In this document: positions 53,101 through 58,258 of the stretch, in pieces | Layout of the letters: every line of letters starts with the position of its first letter | Numbering within the stretch: the first letter of the stretch is position 1 | Virus record (IMG/VR): IMGVR_UViG_3300025280_000001 | Span: 4,524-68,523 of that record | Source of the DNA: a virus | DNA: 64,000 nt | Strand: one strand, 5' to 3' | The notes under the pieces: generated by a model | What the model saw: only the letters and a program-made list of their open reading frames with translations | What the model was told of the DNA's origin: nothing | Databases searched by the model: none | Translations under genes and position numbers: made by a program

Positions 53101-54855
53101 AATGAGGTTGCTAGGGGTATGATATACGGTCTTAGGCTTCTAAAGGGCGATACAACACCAGGCTTGGTTGATCTAGATACTAGTATACACCCCGCTGATA
53201 CCGATCTTTACTTCGCCAAACAGCGTAAGAATTGGTGGGCAAGACGACCCGAAGCAATTACACACCACGCTTCACGAGTTAATGAACAACTTAAGTCAAT
53301 GATTGATTTGCAAATGAGAAAGTTCATGTATGATAAACTTAATAAGGGGCAGTGGAGAGATTTAATTAATCTTATTGCCTCTGGATCTAGAGATGCTAAG
53401 ACAGGTAAGCTACTAGAACACCTTGAGTTTGAAAAAGATCCCGTTGCTTGGAGAAAACGAGAGGAAGCAAGGGTAATGGCAGCTAATAGGAAGCTTCCTG
53501 CCGACCAACAACAGGCAGCAAGAGAAAAACCAGGCTATGACCTAGAAGCATTGCTAGATGATAGCAAAGCTAGCTGGAGGTTATGGAAAAAGCTGGCAAC
53601 GGAGAGTGGATGGGGAGCCAAACAGTGGAGATCGGCTATGATTGCCGCAAAACACGGTCTTATGACCCACGAAGCTCTAGATAATTTTATTATTATGGAA
53701 TCTGAAGCCCGTACTATAGCAAAAGCCGAAGGTTACGGGAAGGAGGGGTTCTTTCACCTCTATAAAATGAGACAGTGGACAGAAATGTTTGCTAAAGAAG
53801 AAGATGCAGCTGGTATGCTGGATGTATATGGTAATACACGTAATGCTTTACAAGAATTTATAGAAATAGTTATGGTAGCCCCTAATATTCTAGACTTGAA
53901 TGTAGTCCCAAGTGCTTTGTGGGCTATACTTCACCAATATAGAACATATCCAATCCTATTTACTGCCCAAAGAATTGTTAGAGACTCATCTAACTATGAT
54001 CCCTTTACCTGGTCTTTAAGAGTTGTATCTAATTTGCTCCTAGATATGCTATATACTCTATTAACAATGGTAGCTGGTGGTTATAGAATACAAGATATGC
54101 AAGATGACTGGGAAAAAGAACCTGCGTCAATGATAGCATTATTAGCAACACGGCTACCCATGTTTGGTTTCTATGGTTCAGCTGCATTTGAGCTAATGAA
54201 TCTTGTTGCATCAGGTAGAAAGGGTGCTGTAATGGCTCCTGTATCCCTTGCAGGGCTTGCAGGATTCCTTGGAAACTTAGTTAATGTTGGTAAATCAGGC
54301 ATAGAAGCAGCTATTCCAGGTGGAAAATTATGGGATACCGATGGTGATACACAAGACCTTATTAACTTATTAAGAGTCATTCCTTATTTAGGTGAGTCTG
54401 TAGTTAGGATGGGACTACATCAAGCACTTCGTAGTAAACAATCCAGAGGTGCTATCACAAAATATGGACAGAATAGAGAGTTTTTCAACTTTGGTCTGAC
54501 ACGAAAGCAAATGATGGATCAACCTAAGTATTACTTAGCAGAGCTTATAGGTGAATTAGCTCCACACCTTATCCCCGAAGATATACAAGACTTGGATGTA
54601 GAAGATTGGGTAGCCATTAAATCAGGAGTAGAGTCCCTGCCCCTTCAGCAGCCCGAAGAAGCAACTGGTGTTGATACTCCAGTCGGAACGACTCCAGATC
54701 CTGACCCCTTCACAGCGGCAACAGAACGCTCTCTACGGGCTCCGAGTACCCTCGGACTGGGCAAGCTAGACAAATTCATCAAAGCTCCTATGCCGACTCC
54801 TAAGGGGATTACGGGAGGAAAGCGAACTTGGGACATACAAGATAAAATCGACTAG
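38158..54855 (+). CDS. giant polyvalent virion protein: gp16-like ejection protein with N4-vRNAP-like RNA polymerase, DEDDy exonuclease and PD-(D/E)XK nuclease domains
   Basis: 5565 aa; DQSWQG, RDALFKPGPLMTLYGGG, VYDAM; FDMET/HNGNEFD/YVEDD; AGTVDLL..IYDMKT..QLNLY; Gly/Ala hydrophobic segment near the N-terminus. Confidence 0.75.
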   Translation: MVRPRQSPADYLPPLPGPSPDDMFHMGSLDRELDAGYYSKIPEAPLEAWGEDTLYSSKTIHESQKPYQVESINLATGDYQIGPLSLLESNRLGMALVHTGGMWGSNAQNTNLVASMMFAGRRELAGTFMALDEDMEKNLKNFISPLAYSNWLKGVNVHLPELDKPSTYIPVRTQHFEPMFIGEAWEQFNPNDLFLEEPHPDYTPDKAWALMWEKNPGFMNRISKLGANEEYFADAKNEHEWMHNANMLIELNYITKSKMWSDDTSWWGKNVSGQLYTFVVSGILNEPDMVGEMLVGLLLTAATAGIGGVALTAKIATYMRKGVKIMDELAELRTFVSKVLRMSRVTNFLPSAIPHTFMTRGGKVALKSRWFNPFANKGRNIFMANAAEGALTGTLAEIGNQRRKINWELQDEYDWEMVAWQGGLESIITPFINPAFVLGMKGLQRGSMRTMQFSSQLMTELTGTDIDLGAKLPDVVKNIVKVWGQPESATDRITLDILGNMAWKNLENMLGSLDADGRKVTGQRLGQILAMLLEDGKLDSLQGLETTLELMIKEATVRKDDGTTYIDHKKMDLPMAVAKLAAIAAKKRGLTADEIGTHEATAFFFIHGERIASERNKKNIKRKDGSEPVGDNKWTAPDIITEALGGTEIDIAVFFDEAMRAEVDEELTLGGLDPKFASKSQVAAAWEKAMVKRGATFAKRASAIIDEQEKLIKEVSELIEAARQALDIREGDASYYMNELVASDPELKRRLVELENFTNDLQALFNQISEIRALRESDLHVKDQTQANSMLDIALTSDRVGGMMARLKLIAKALNIDVKGISKISDMVAILKQRVSQDERFDLEAFKPLAEHLSLELSENLAVITEEQSNLEKVLIDNLFRTIANYHNVYKNSSPHVIDQTIDGVKIDRQFQAIVNSIMRVNDSNYEVLNIDNMTNTGEWNVTESGTKTDTTEPIFLTDKILLKDKKSGDVLSKGEGTIHHVEAHLLDKADPRHKEYVPPPPPPTTGGHPSTPPSKINELREKAGFEPVEVELSGDPESNSFVPLDFAESVTVYQTLQELIAKAEEAGDTKLAKELKRTLSALRFFAENHLDTLPITEAIVDIQTKTLAITKRMNEIDEEFMNNEKFKANYQIEADAQVVAVLSTRIKNSADRGKIKENDVVLDTESQEALSSLEDSYKIKPKKGVSHWKRLAKIRTMLEKKSANFGAKYLKAKEKHNKEITTHSDEIMRLKEKQRSEIHKINMRVIEAHLGEHTGLTLATGREIAEQVATHQLKLARKEADWKFFWEEQSTMTLNDFIFQYLNNNQYVRTRILKKHGTKEEGYTKKQLQEYWDQAIKKEKELIDRLHVGRMMATQRVINNLATEILEEKGVTIDNWNPEHRFTLDTLPDQRLAALAAGDGVTSHIETKLEAVTLLSQFARRIIYMLNTPRWSDETTLKWDKVKKALPPGIKNLRIEIVFAHALTPDSKNKANTEMLEVLELEFDVELLKGALADLITLLDPAIKEQYKYTARMIREAQKDPTDTHSEYSWYAAQRIVTMLWDAMLPAYRDEFLANEIHPDHIGRGYKLVHSKGVTTKWGTESDYIIAVGEEAKNMLLILPEGIRKLALERLGIKETAIIADIDPNTLLTAMASFMHKKTAADLAKYGNGTEDYNSAFTTGRGIIEIVLDRSPGTMRRVVDKSDPEGVVDNFTELNETSKESAKRFKKPEKEKSKVLLPPHTGDINMFGPLEEWGLIRTLEDEVFRNRIKFSAHVEITDSIRNQWADPNRVSNVKEDDMFNVGRRLPFRLTPYINNRLYKGTTLDRQELLEALFTVQLDMPAVVQSFIYDAVIGHRQFYASEAKTTSEIITTGWDTVMPSTNLAWVNILQQLNPELLQAENVDSPLVQLVLEEALRWENQTDPDTGKTRPFNEIINQYNYGDQSWQGAHLFWFLNRKGDEFIAELQRIHDEGEMGWNEDLEDRYITTAVKWIHELLSTDKDSRMDIFRDLFKKVGITEDTDYDTIRTMQEEDGNRVKILRDALFKPGPLMTLYGGGKEAQMVYYKGDGRVDLVRLNEELDVAITLKDIENLQDFMFGGFMWEGTTILHDAMDYSVELKRAVFKLLAVEGTGGARSQAAIESARAGLQKISDDDGGDYGRMLMRASDALVLLRARIADISEFTEIPVKIIEERYATRLRWVRGYLKKKAKANELVDEYDMARLNEFLLGDRLGWRDVENLRAQNLQNSVAHYMNLDHMRIQARMEGYNFDQDDTMGLEELALYFTQMRSHDSKRWYHTVYDAMNVQPVNVSASKIATVYEGIMNTDRFAARVEELANDPDDPKSTSPEFNGMSQAEVFALSEMLQEEGGAPFGMWDIKVNNYHAAKERFGALDERGQFIKDADRKKWKVWAEREIEDALLRDEMLYEASYGPLALTEYEQGGVVTTKGGREFDIFSEMDPERMYGTIAQRWHTADKAAEVEHRQIVNLINKYEAFRSMGTETEAAGRQILTRVSQWSGIPIDLLPTIKELGIRIGTNRYPVESPYTRTVKPLGDETHDVDDFIGIQTAHPGGYAAMRPAIKKVAWDQVGSLALRKFYYDRKINDLETRINPYLDPAIDPSIRPVESLENILPEHNRTDFPILSDKQNILYPESLRGFEAENLLSGRAATVQSIRFKLEEKIDIWARNQGWDIQFLKEHKELYLSLYYMMKLDDMFGYVDSGYRPPEYAEAWNIMRQLETVGRATRANKPGEMFKAKYDIIEKIRKIYRISHGMLTRTRSMIDLHDKGAVLGTVYVPGKGKMTYEEALVSGILGPNALTPALELGLQAADLMVLDADNNLGEYIATTETKEGTQVIQGIDSNMLVTKLPEQFGLDTILIKMLEDTGRLTKEQIAGYEAGSYKSIIDPTGKNGITSYELLGFVQEVFRRNREDRLSNYDLVIFEVREESEGRFTPLNIQVASRRDHTGVQAIVKRDPLNTGITLTPRSYIGPTKRFAMTPESIFHALNTLGNFHAIEMMEYTLRTGMRLNVREKVQPDGTVVLTPREALSDRMRQDMGFSFRQDRKNEQLLYEAFRLMLGEDTHMDLVEETREIDGSKTKFINARTYINHNIDIKFHKDGPSFSTSVHRAALISPLQRVMQRLNYFGSNKLNGDLDAFVEAREEDLLMVIGTMIRKPEITAEEMSIILPFIMEEKVIKKDGESTPVLEHIRDLQSRAEYFLQEILNELRWRELSSTVKHLHEINTPKIVDKRTGRIMNSWQSKTIPFDWIARSFWENVSEESFKVDLNETEFYEQVYKPHAEKIWDSVKATYSKTHHKDILDFLERHKEELMELSYKNALETMFNENLEEEPRAESVLLKEDMDARWRKIQEIDPQKIKQLRTKAALLKRWEGSTTIYPHLVHVLSSIDTLVKDKVITEQVADATRSMLAWMAEKNPQIFVNMKFESKENIPGIYVAFAQKVNQAESGVTFDGIYRNDPEAGVRYEPDEDMRTTKNLLYLTGLSNEQIDAMPEFQEGWLDGVDAMSYVVGFDMETTIAATPEGRDILMASIKSRTDGDAKGTYEKNLWTAQPIPGYANIRNEIETIKSNHTRITLSEDGTHYHAVGNPDKKYARVTQAIRGDVDPKEMNQKAMDIGTNIDVIVRDFFAGELKGYLNYHTDGNPHIKTEEIFDSFIEQLEELKQKFDRNGDEVIANNIVLYSDELEIAGTVDLLVYNEDKQTISIYDMKTKRRGAKAGAGRSGLLYNVDTKYEAGSYRDKWTNQLNLYSILLNHTHNIDTETLGIIPIAVAYDGRVKARTTDELTLYETESIKELPEVTLLARDEGASRNTLAQDGGRITQEQAQDMLNTLEMHQNRGGKVVTHNGNEFDLLTLGHIADNPRQAARIALRGYDIMQILMYAEPEPGRSLDWFGLNDAGLNTIGRGKIDESGLAPLYSQQMLGQELEDLTGEVSSEAIAKIKEMDPAMAGDKLRIYVEDDANLTADLLVGLWEKSQSDNKALDITNAKGATRVTMHNAHPSWKTASEIDSVPGSVRKFNNNGLITPRSTHIPGDPSLDPAYLIGLDAAKLSTMDTASAVEIIFHEVMEVAILKYMREDTAAFDNLVEMLERKENIKLLERMILAQSGGKSGPSIKARMEYFTSSPTELIAAFASYYVAAKVLGDPEGVVAPIINDLHKSSAWSKLKEFMNKTFRWVGDIYRDMSHVFVSFIDEPGGQREFDDLMTLLNTVFGLDQEGNMLLDANNDLSKPRYSKDWRYDTPYQLAEEPAEILEGGDKEYLKKYNKIQTLSDELDVLMANGKGSSKEYRNKSLLSRKLHGEMVQYGYVNNNPKTMIGTEGGEGGRHVQGLTRGEQLSWEQIIRRDWWLGSGPDGLAILNSGNIYLKAAFAHMTSQKMSDYLGGHLSQGVGGTARWFADFFDRSGVSKYVMDNAKKFILASSGANVTYNSPFVISVILANMMVDGATITRSSVLPHSKGIVSVQAAHRKATGFEKAVGDTFSRDVIKLFEKSPYYKNALESGETKGDLVQNLQTEIIKILVDQKDKRDYSGIEKYDDGIQKGIKNLDATFRSFVNQIFGMSKEQGRAYMEKDTEMVPWLVKSTNTGETLHAATQRTRPALKKLFTDKISSASKEYIHPVLAYTAGLLPKPSRLNKSLEMMQIIHPAWYRFIATKALLNYRAMANDPTISLNAFVALTMNATVRSAWNKVTSDAMSAKGDRHLMWNDLDGFAVKDPKGKPYDMNEVKAKIRERYDMLLDGEALGDDFGLNNVIDELFDLNNHLDPHDKVRSFYVASKTRRNKDFSSVMDFILNTFLERIHHQAYFVYDSIFTPKVSEALAIPEIRSYLETNPAILARAVSRSQGHRAHEIDMFKEITNTNLDFSELLSLFGEVASTKGSVFRMTDGKGKDLTEKEQAQLSHALNVTFKRKYEVLRGVAARYDTSEDTFANSLGEGSNWIVKSVYGTNLAMATSVVEGSMAGLLSTIGYNDVKGLIFPFLAYLKPLMRQDNEVARGMIYGLRLLKGDTTPGLVDLDTSIHPADTDLYFAKQRKNWWARRPEAITHHASRVNEQLKSMIDLQMRKFMYDKLNKGQWRDLINLIASGSRDAKTGKLLEHLEFEKDPVAWRKREEARVMAANRKLPADQQQAAREKPGYDLEALLDDSKASWRLWKKLATESGWGAKQWRSAMIAAKHGLMTHEALDNFIIMESEARTIAKAEGYGKEGFFHLYKMRQWTEMFAKEEDAAGMLDVYGNTRNALQEFIEIVMVAPNILDLNVVPSALWAILHQYRTYPILFTAQRIVRDSSNYDPFTWSLRVVSNLLLDMLYTLLTMVAGGYRIQDMQDDWEKEPASMIALLATRLPMFGFYGSAAFELMNLVASGRKGAVMAPVSLAGLAGFLGNLVNVGKSGIEAAIPGGKLWDTDGDTQDLINLLRVIPYLGESVVRMGLHQALRSKQSRGAITKYGQNREFFNFGLTRKQMMDQPKYYLAELIGELAPHLIPEDIQDLDVEDWVAIKSGVESLPLQQPEEATGVDTPVGTTPDPDPFTAATERSLRAPSTLGLGKLDKFIKAPMPTPKGITGGKRTWDIQDKID

Positions 54856-54923
54856 GGGGTCGAGAATTTACGTGACCCCTTAATAGGGTTTGGACTGGGG
54901 CTGACCCCCCCGTACCCCCTATT
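54855..54923. other. inverted repeats at probable genome end/start junction
   Basis: GGGGTC..GACCCC (54856-54879), AATAGGG..CCCTATT (54882-54923), C/G runs; late-to-early gene switch and composition shift. Confidence 0.45.
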
Positions 54924-54962
54924 GGAACATTCCACTTGGCGCTTGCGCCGGAAAGGAGTCTT

Positions 54963-55199
54963 ATGATTAATTTCATTTTGGCTTTCCTACTAGTGTGTGT
55001 TACTACTCTTGTAGTAGTTTCCTTATGTCGTCGACGTGCGCGTCGTCGTGCTACTGATCGATCTTTGCAAAGACTGCTTCACGAGATAGGTTGGGCAGTA
55101 TCGAACGATGAACGTCGTGCTGACAAGTCTGTAGACCCTGTGGTTAAACACAAGGATACAGAGACATCGCCATCTGATGATTCAGAAATATGGTGGTGA
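54963..55199 (+). CDS. small membrane-anchored protein
   Basis: AAGGAG RBS before ATG 54963; N-terminal TM helix followed by RRRARRR. Confidence 0.65.
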   Translation: MINFILAFLLVCVTTLVVVSLCRRRARRRATDRSLQRLLHEIGWAVSNDERRADKSVDPVVKHKDTETSPSDDSEIWW

Positions 55200-55445
55200 T
55201 CAACTCCGGTGCCCTCCCGCAAGGGAGGGATGCCGAGCCCTTTCGGTGGTAGAGCTGCCATGACGAGCAGCTGAAGAGAAAGCAACCACTGCGCCATGGA
55301 TGGTGGGTCGTGGTTGGTGGGCTACGGTTTGAGAAGCCACTAACATTGCGGGGGATGCCGACGTTTGTGCGGCATTCAAGTAGTGGCTTAGGCTAGTAGT
55401 CGAGCTCGTAACTGACCTGGTGAGCACTAGCCAAGACGATAAGGA
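55200..55445 (+). promoter_or_regulatory. structured leader or ncRNA upstream of the divergent RNAP
   Basis: CCCTCCC-GCAA-GGGAGGG; AAGCCACTA/TAGTGGCTT; GGCTAGT/ACTAGCC; AGCTGC/GCAGCT. Confidence 0.55.
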
Positions 55446-55468
55446 CACATCTCAAAGGAGACTCTACT

Positions 55469-57433
55469 ATGAAAAGTCCTTCTTCCCCCGCAAGTGGAGA
55501 CCCCACTTGCAGCCTACTTCTTCCCGAAGTAGCAAGTATTTTAGATACTTACGGCAGCGATAAGTTACTCGCTGCCGCAAAATTGCTGCGAAAGGGCGGT
55601 ATGGGTAATCACGATGTGGTTAACCAGCTCGTCAATGATGTAGCCATTCATGCTGGTCTGACTGGTGAGAGTGGTGGTACAGCCGCAGCAGTTGCAGTAT
55701 TTACCTACTGCAAGGTCATGGCTCGTAAGCATGGTGTTCGTCGCATGACGGACAAAGCACCATTGTTTGAATCTGAAGTGCCAGGTACACGCCGTTTCGT
55801 TGGCTCACGCCGACCTGACTGGTCGCTGGACTCAGCATCTGAAGGTTACGTAGGCGAGAAAGTAGCTGCTGTTCTGAAATGGATATCAGCTAAGGGTTTC
55901 AAGGTTCATCAAGCTTTTGCTGCTGAACTTCGACTACTCCCCCGTGGAGTTCTTTGTACAAAGCCTAACAAAGACTACCGTGACTTAGATACAGGCGAAC
56001 CTCTAAGCCAAGCACAGTCAATAGTGACAGCACTAGATTATGCTGCAGAAGCAGGAGATCGTCTCGTATATTGGATCGTCTTTATGGATTTGGATGGACG
56101 TATTTATTATGTCGCTCCAATTTCACTGCAAGCTGCAGACGGTGTAAAAGGATTAGTATGCCTACCAGAAGCGAAAGCTCTAACCGACCAAGGTTGGGCT
56201 GATCTGTGGTGGAACCACTCAAAGGAGTGGGGAATCCGTGACATGCAAGACTGTCGAGAAATCGTCAGCTCTGGTATCGTTGCGTACCACGCAACTGGTG
56301 GCAAGCTAGACGCATACGCCCATGCGATGCACACTGTACAAGCAGACGATACCAATATGTACCAACTACCAGTTGGTCTCGATGAGAACTTCTCATCTGC
56401 GCTGATAAATGCGGGACTTTCTGGTTGTGAAACCTCAGCTCAGAACTCTGGTCTCTTAAGGTTACCTGACGGTAGCTATACAGAAGGTTGGAGTAGTACG
56501 AGTAAGGAAATGAGTACTGTGGAACTTGTTGATGAGATTCCTGTCGATAAGCGTAAGCCATTCATTAAACCGGGTGGCACCACACTATCTTATAACTCTG
56601 GTACAGAAACCGCAGCTCTAGCTTTCATGTTTGGTAAAAAATGTGAATATGCTTTCAAGGATACCTTGCATATGAAATGGCAGGTCTTTAGGAAAGCAGC
56701 TAAAAGTAAGCCGCTACGTCTCGTAAAAGCCTTGCTCAACAAGAAGAATACGGATGTTAACGCTCACAACTGCATGATGGTAGCCTTAGAATTCTCAGGT
56801 GCCATAGAAGAAGCATTAGATAAAGCTTTGCCAGCAACGCTAGGTAATGCCTCGTTCTTGAATGATGTGTCAGCATCGTGCCAAGAGCAAGGACTGCCGC
56901 GTGAATGGACAACTCCAATGGACTTGACTATTAAGGTCCTTCCCTATCGCCCAACTAAAGAGACCATATCTGAGGGTAAGCGAAAAGGTAAATTGGTTAC
57001 GGTAAGGCTCGCCGCTGGTATTAATTGGACAGAAACCCGTGGTGGTCGCACAAGGTCGACCATGTTACACGTAGCATTTATATTAAACGATGGCGACTTG
57101 TCACTAATGCCTCAATTGATTCAGAGTATTGAAGCTGCTATACTTCAAAAAGCCATGTATGATTTGATTCAGATGGCTATAGATATATGGCTGTCTTCTG
57201 CCCATGACTGTATGTATGCTCATCCAAATGACATTCGTGTTATAGACCGTGTGTTGAGTAAAGCATTTATGTGGGTTATCAAGCGATTCAACTTGGAAAA
57301 AGTCTTCGCCCATGTTGGCGTTGGCGCTGTCTATCCTGATGGCACTCCTGTCGTTAGGTCTAATCGTGATGCTATACTTAATCGAATCTCTAGTGAAATG
57401 AATTTGTGTGGTCTCCCCGCACCAATTAAGTAA
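55469..57433 (+). CDS. divergent, N-terminally short T7-superfamily RNA polymerase
   Basis: DLDGRIYY, PVGLDENFSS, RKPFIKPGGTTLSYNSG, PQLIQSIEAAIL, AHDCMYAHP in canonical order. Confidence 0.85.
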   Translation: MKSPSSPASGDPTCSLLLPEVASILDTYGSDKLLAAAKLLRKGGMGNHDVVNQLVNDVAIHAGLTGESGGTAAAVAVFTYCKVMARKHGVRRMTDKAPLFESEVPGTRRFVGSRRPDWSLDSASEGYVGEKVAAVLKWISAKGFKVHQAFAAELRLLPRGVLCTKPNKDYRDLDTGEPLSQAQSIVTALDYAAEAGDRLVYWIVFMDLDGRIYYVAPISLQAADGVKGLVCLPEAKALTDQGWADLWWNHSKEWGIRDMQDCREIVSSGIVAYHATGGKLDAYAHAMHTVQADDTNMYQLPVGLDENFSSALINAGLSGCETSAQNSGLLRLPDGSYTEGWSSTSKEMSTVELVDEIPVDKRKPFIKPGGTTLSYNSGTETAALAFMFGKKCEYAFKDTLHMKWQVFRKAAKSKPLRLVKALLNKKNTDVNAHNCMMVALEFSGAIEEALDKALPATLGNASFLNDVSASCQEQGLPREWTTPMDLTIKVLPYRPTKETISEGKRKGKLVTVRLAAGINWTETRGGRTRSTMLHVAFILNDGDLSLMPQLIQSIEAAILQKAMYDLIQMAIDIWLSSAHDCMYAHPNDIRVIDRVLSKAFMWVIKRFNLEKVFAHVGVGAVYPDGTPVVRSNRDAILNRISSEMNLCGLPAPIK

Positions 57434-57529
57434 AGGACTCTTATTCTTTCCCTCTCCCTATGCCCAGGTCAGGTAGGTGAGAGGGAGGATGTAATAGCCC
57501 TTGTTGCTATTAGGAAGGAGGTTACTGTT

Positions 57530-57808
57530 ATGGCAGTAAACCCTTACATCGGTACCTTTACTGAACTGTGCTTCAGTAATGGTATAATCTCAATACGGCT
57601 TCGTGTCATGTTCAATGATAATGGAGAGGTGTTGTTCTCAGAGGTGGTTTGTATGGAGTCTTCGAAAGACTGCACTAAAGCCCTGCTTGCTAAGTGGCAT
57701 GCTTCACATCCTGGTGTGAACATATCCTTTGTAGAGTGGGTTAATTTTAGTGACCAACAACCACCTCCTCCTCCAACTACCATGGATTCGCCCATGTTTG
57801 GAGGATAA
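57530..57808 (+). CDS. hypothetical protein
   Basis: AAGGAGG RBS; followed by a terminator. Confidence 0.65.
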   Translation: MAVNPYIGTFTELCFSNGIISIRLRVMFNDNGEVLFSEVVCMESSKDCTKALLAKWHASHPGVNISFVEWVNFSDQQPPPPPTTMDSPMFGG

Positions 57809-57829
57809 CTAAGGGGGATGGGGGAGACC

Positions 57830-57869
57830 AGGGGGCACAGGATCTAGGTCTTGTGCCCCTCTTTTTTTT
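57830..57869 (+). terminator. intrinsic terminator
   Basis: GGGGCACAGGAT..GTCTTGTGCCCC followed by a T8 run. Confidence 0.88.
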
Positions 57870-57991
57870 ATAAGCGACGGTTTATGATGCGTCCGCACTA
57901 CCGTGCAGACTTGGCGAGGGGGCGTAGGTTCGGGAGTGCGGGCTGTAACCGTGCCGAGGTAACCGACGAGGCTTCAATGGAGTACAGAACC

Positions 57992-58222
57992 ATGGCTAAC
58001 GATACGAAAGTAGCGAAAGCGAAAGTCTACAGACCCAAGGGTAAGCCTGCAAGGGCTACCAAGGACCTTACAGCAGCTGAAGCACAGGACCAAGCGGACC
58101 AGTGCGTTAGTATGCAAGGGACCTACCAAGAGTGGAGCATGAAATCATGCGTAAAACTCAAGAATAGGGCAGCAAAGGCTGGCGTAACGCTCGATATCAA
58201 TGACTTGTACAAGGGTGCATGA
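57992..58222 (+). CDS. small basic hypothetical protein
   Basis: GGAG RBS before ATG 57992 (MANDTKVAKAKVYRPKGK...); followed by a terminator. Confidence 0.65.
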   Translation: MANDTKVAKAKVYRPKGKPARATKDLTAAEAQDQADQCVSMQGTYQEWSMKSCVKLKNRAAKAGVTLDINDLYKGA

Positions 58223-58258
58223 AGCAGGGGGTGTCTGTAAGGGCACCCCTGCTTTTTT
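58222..58258 (+). terminator. intrinsic terminator
   Basis: AAGCAGGGGGTGTCT-GTAA-GGGCACCCCTGCTT followed by a T run. Confidence 0.85.

Noticed and set aside
55165-55290. Hammerhead-like cores CTGATGA..GAAA (55174) and CTGAAGA-GAAA (55271)
   Set aside because: No stem II and no proper stem III/NUH arrangement; better explained as simple hairpins.
55207-55345. Cobalamin riboswitch resemblance (GGTGCCC, GCCACT), given the B12-dependent RNR
   Set aside because: The GGGAA junction, CCCCCGCAACTGT and B12-box elements are missing.
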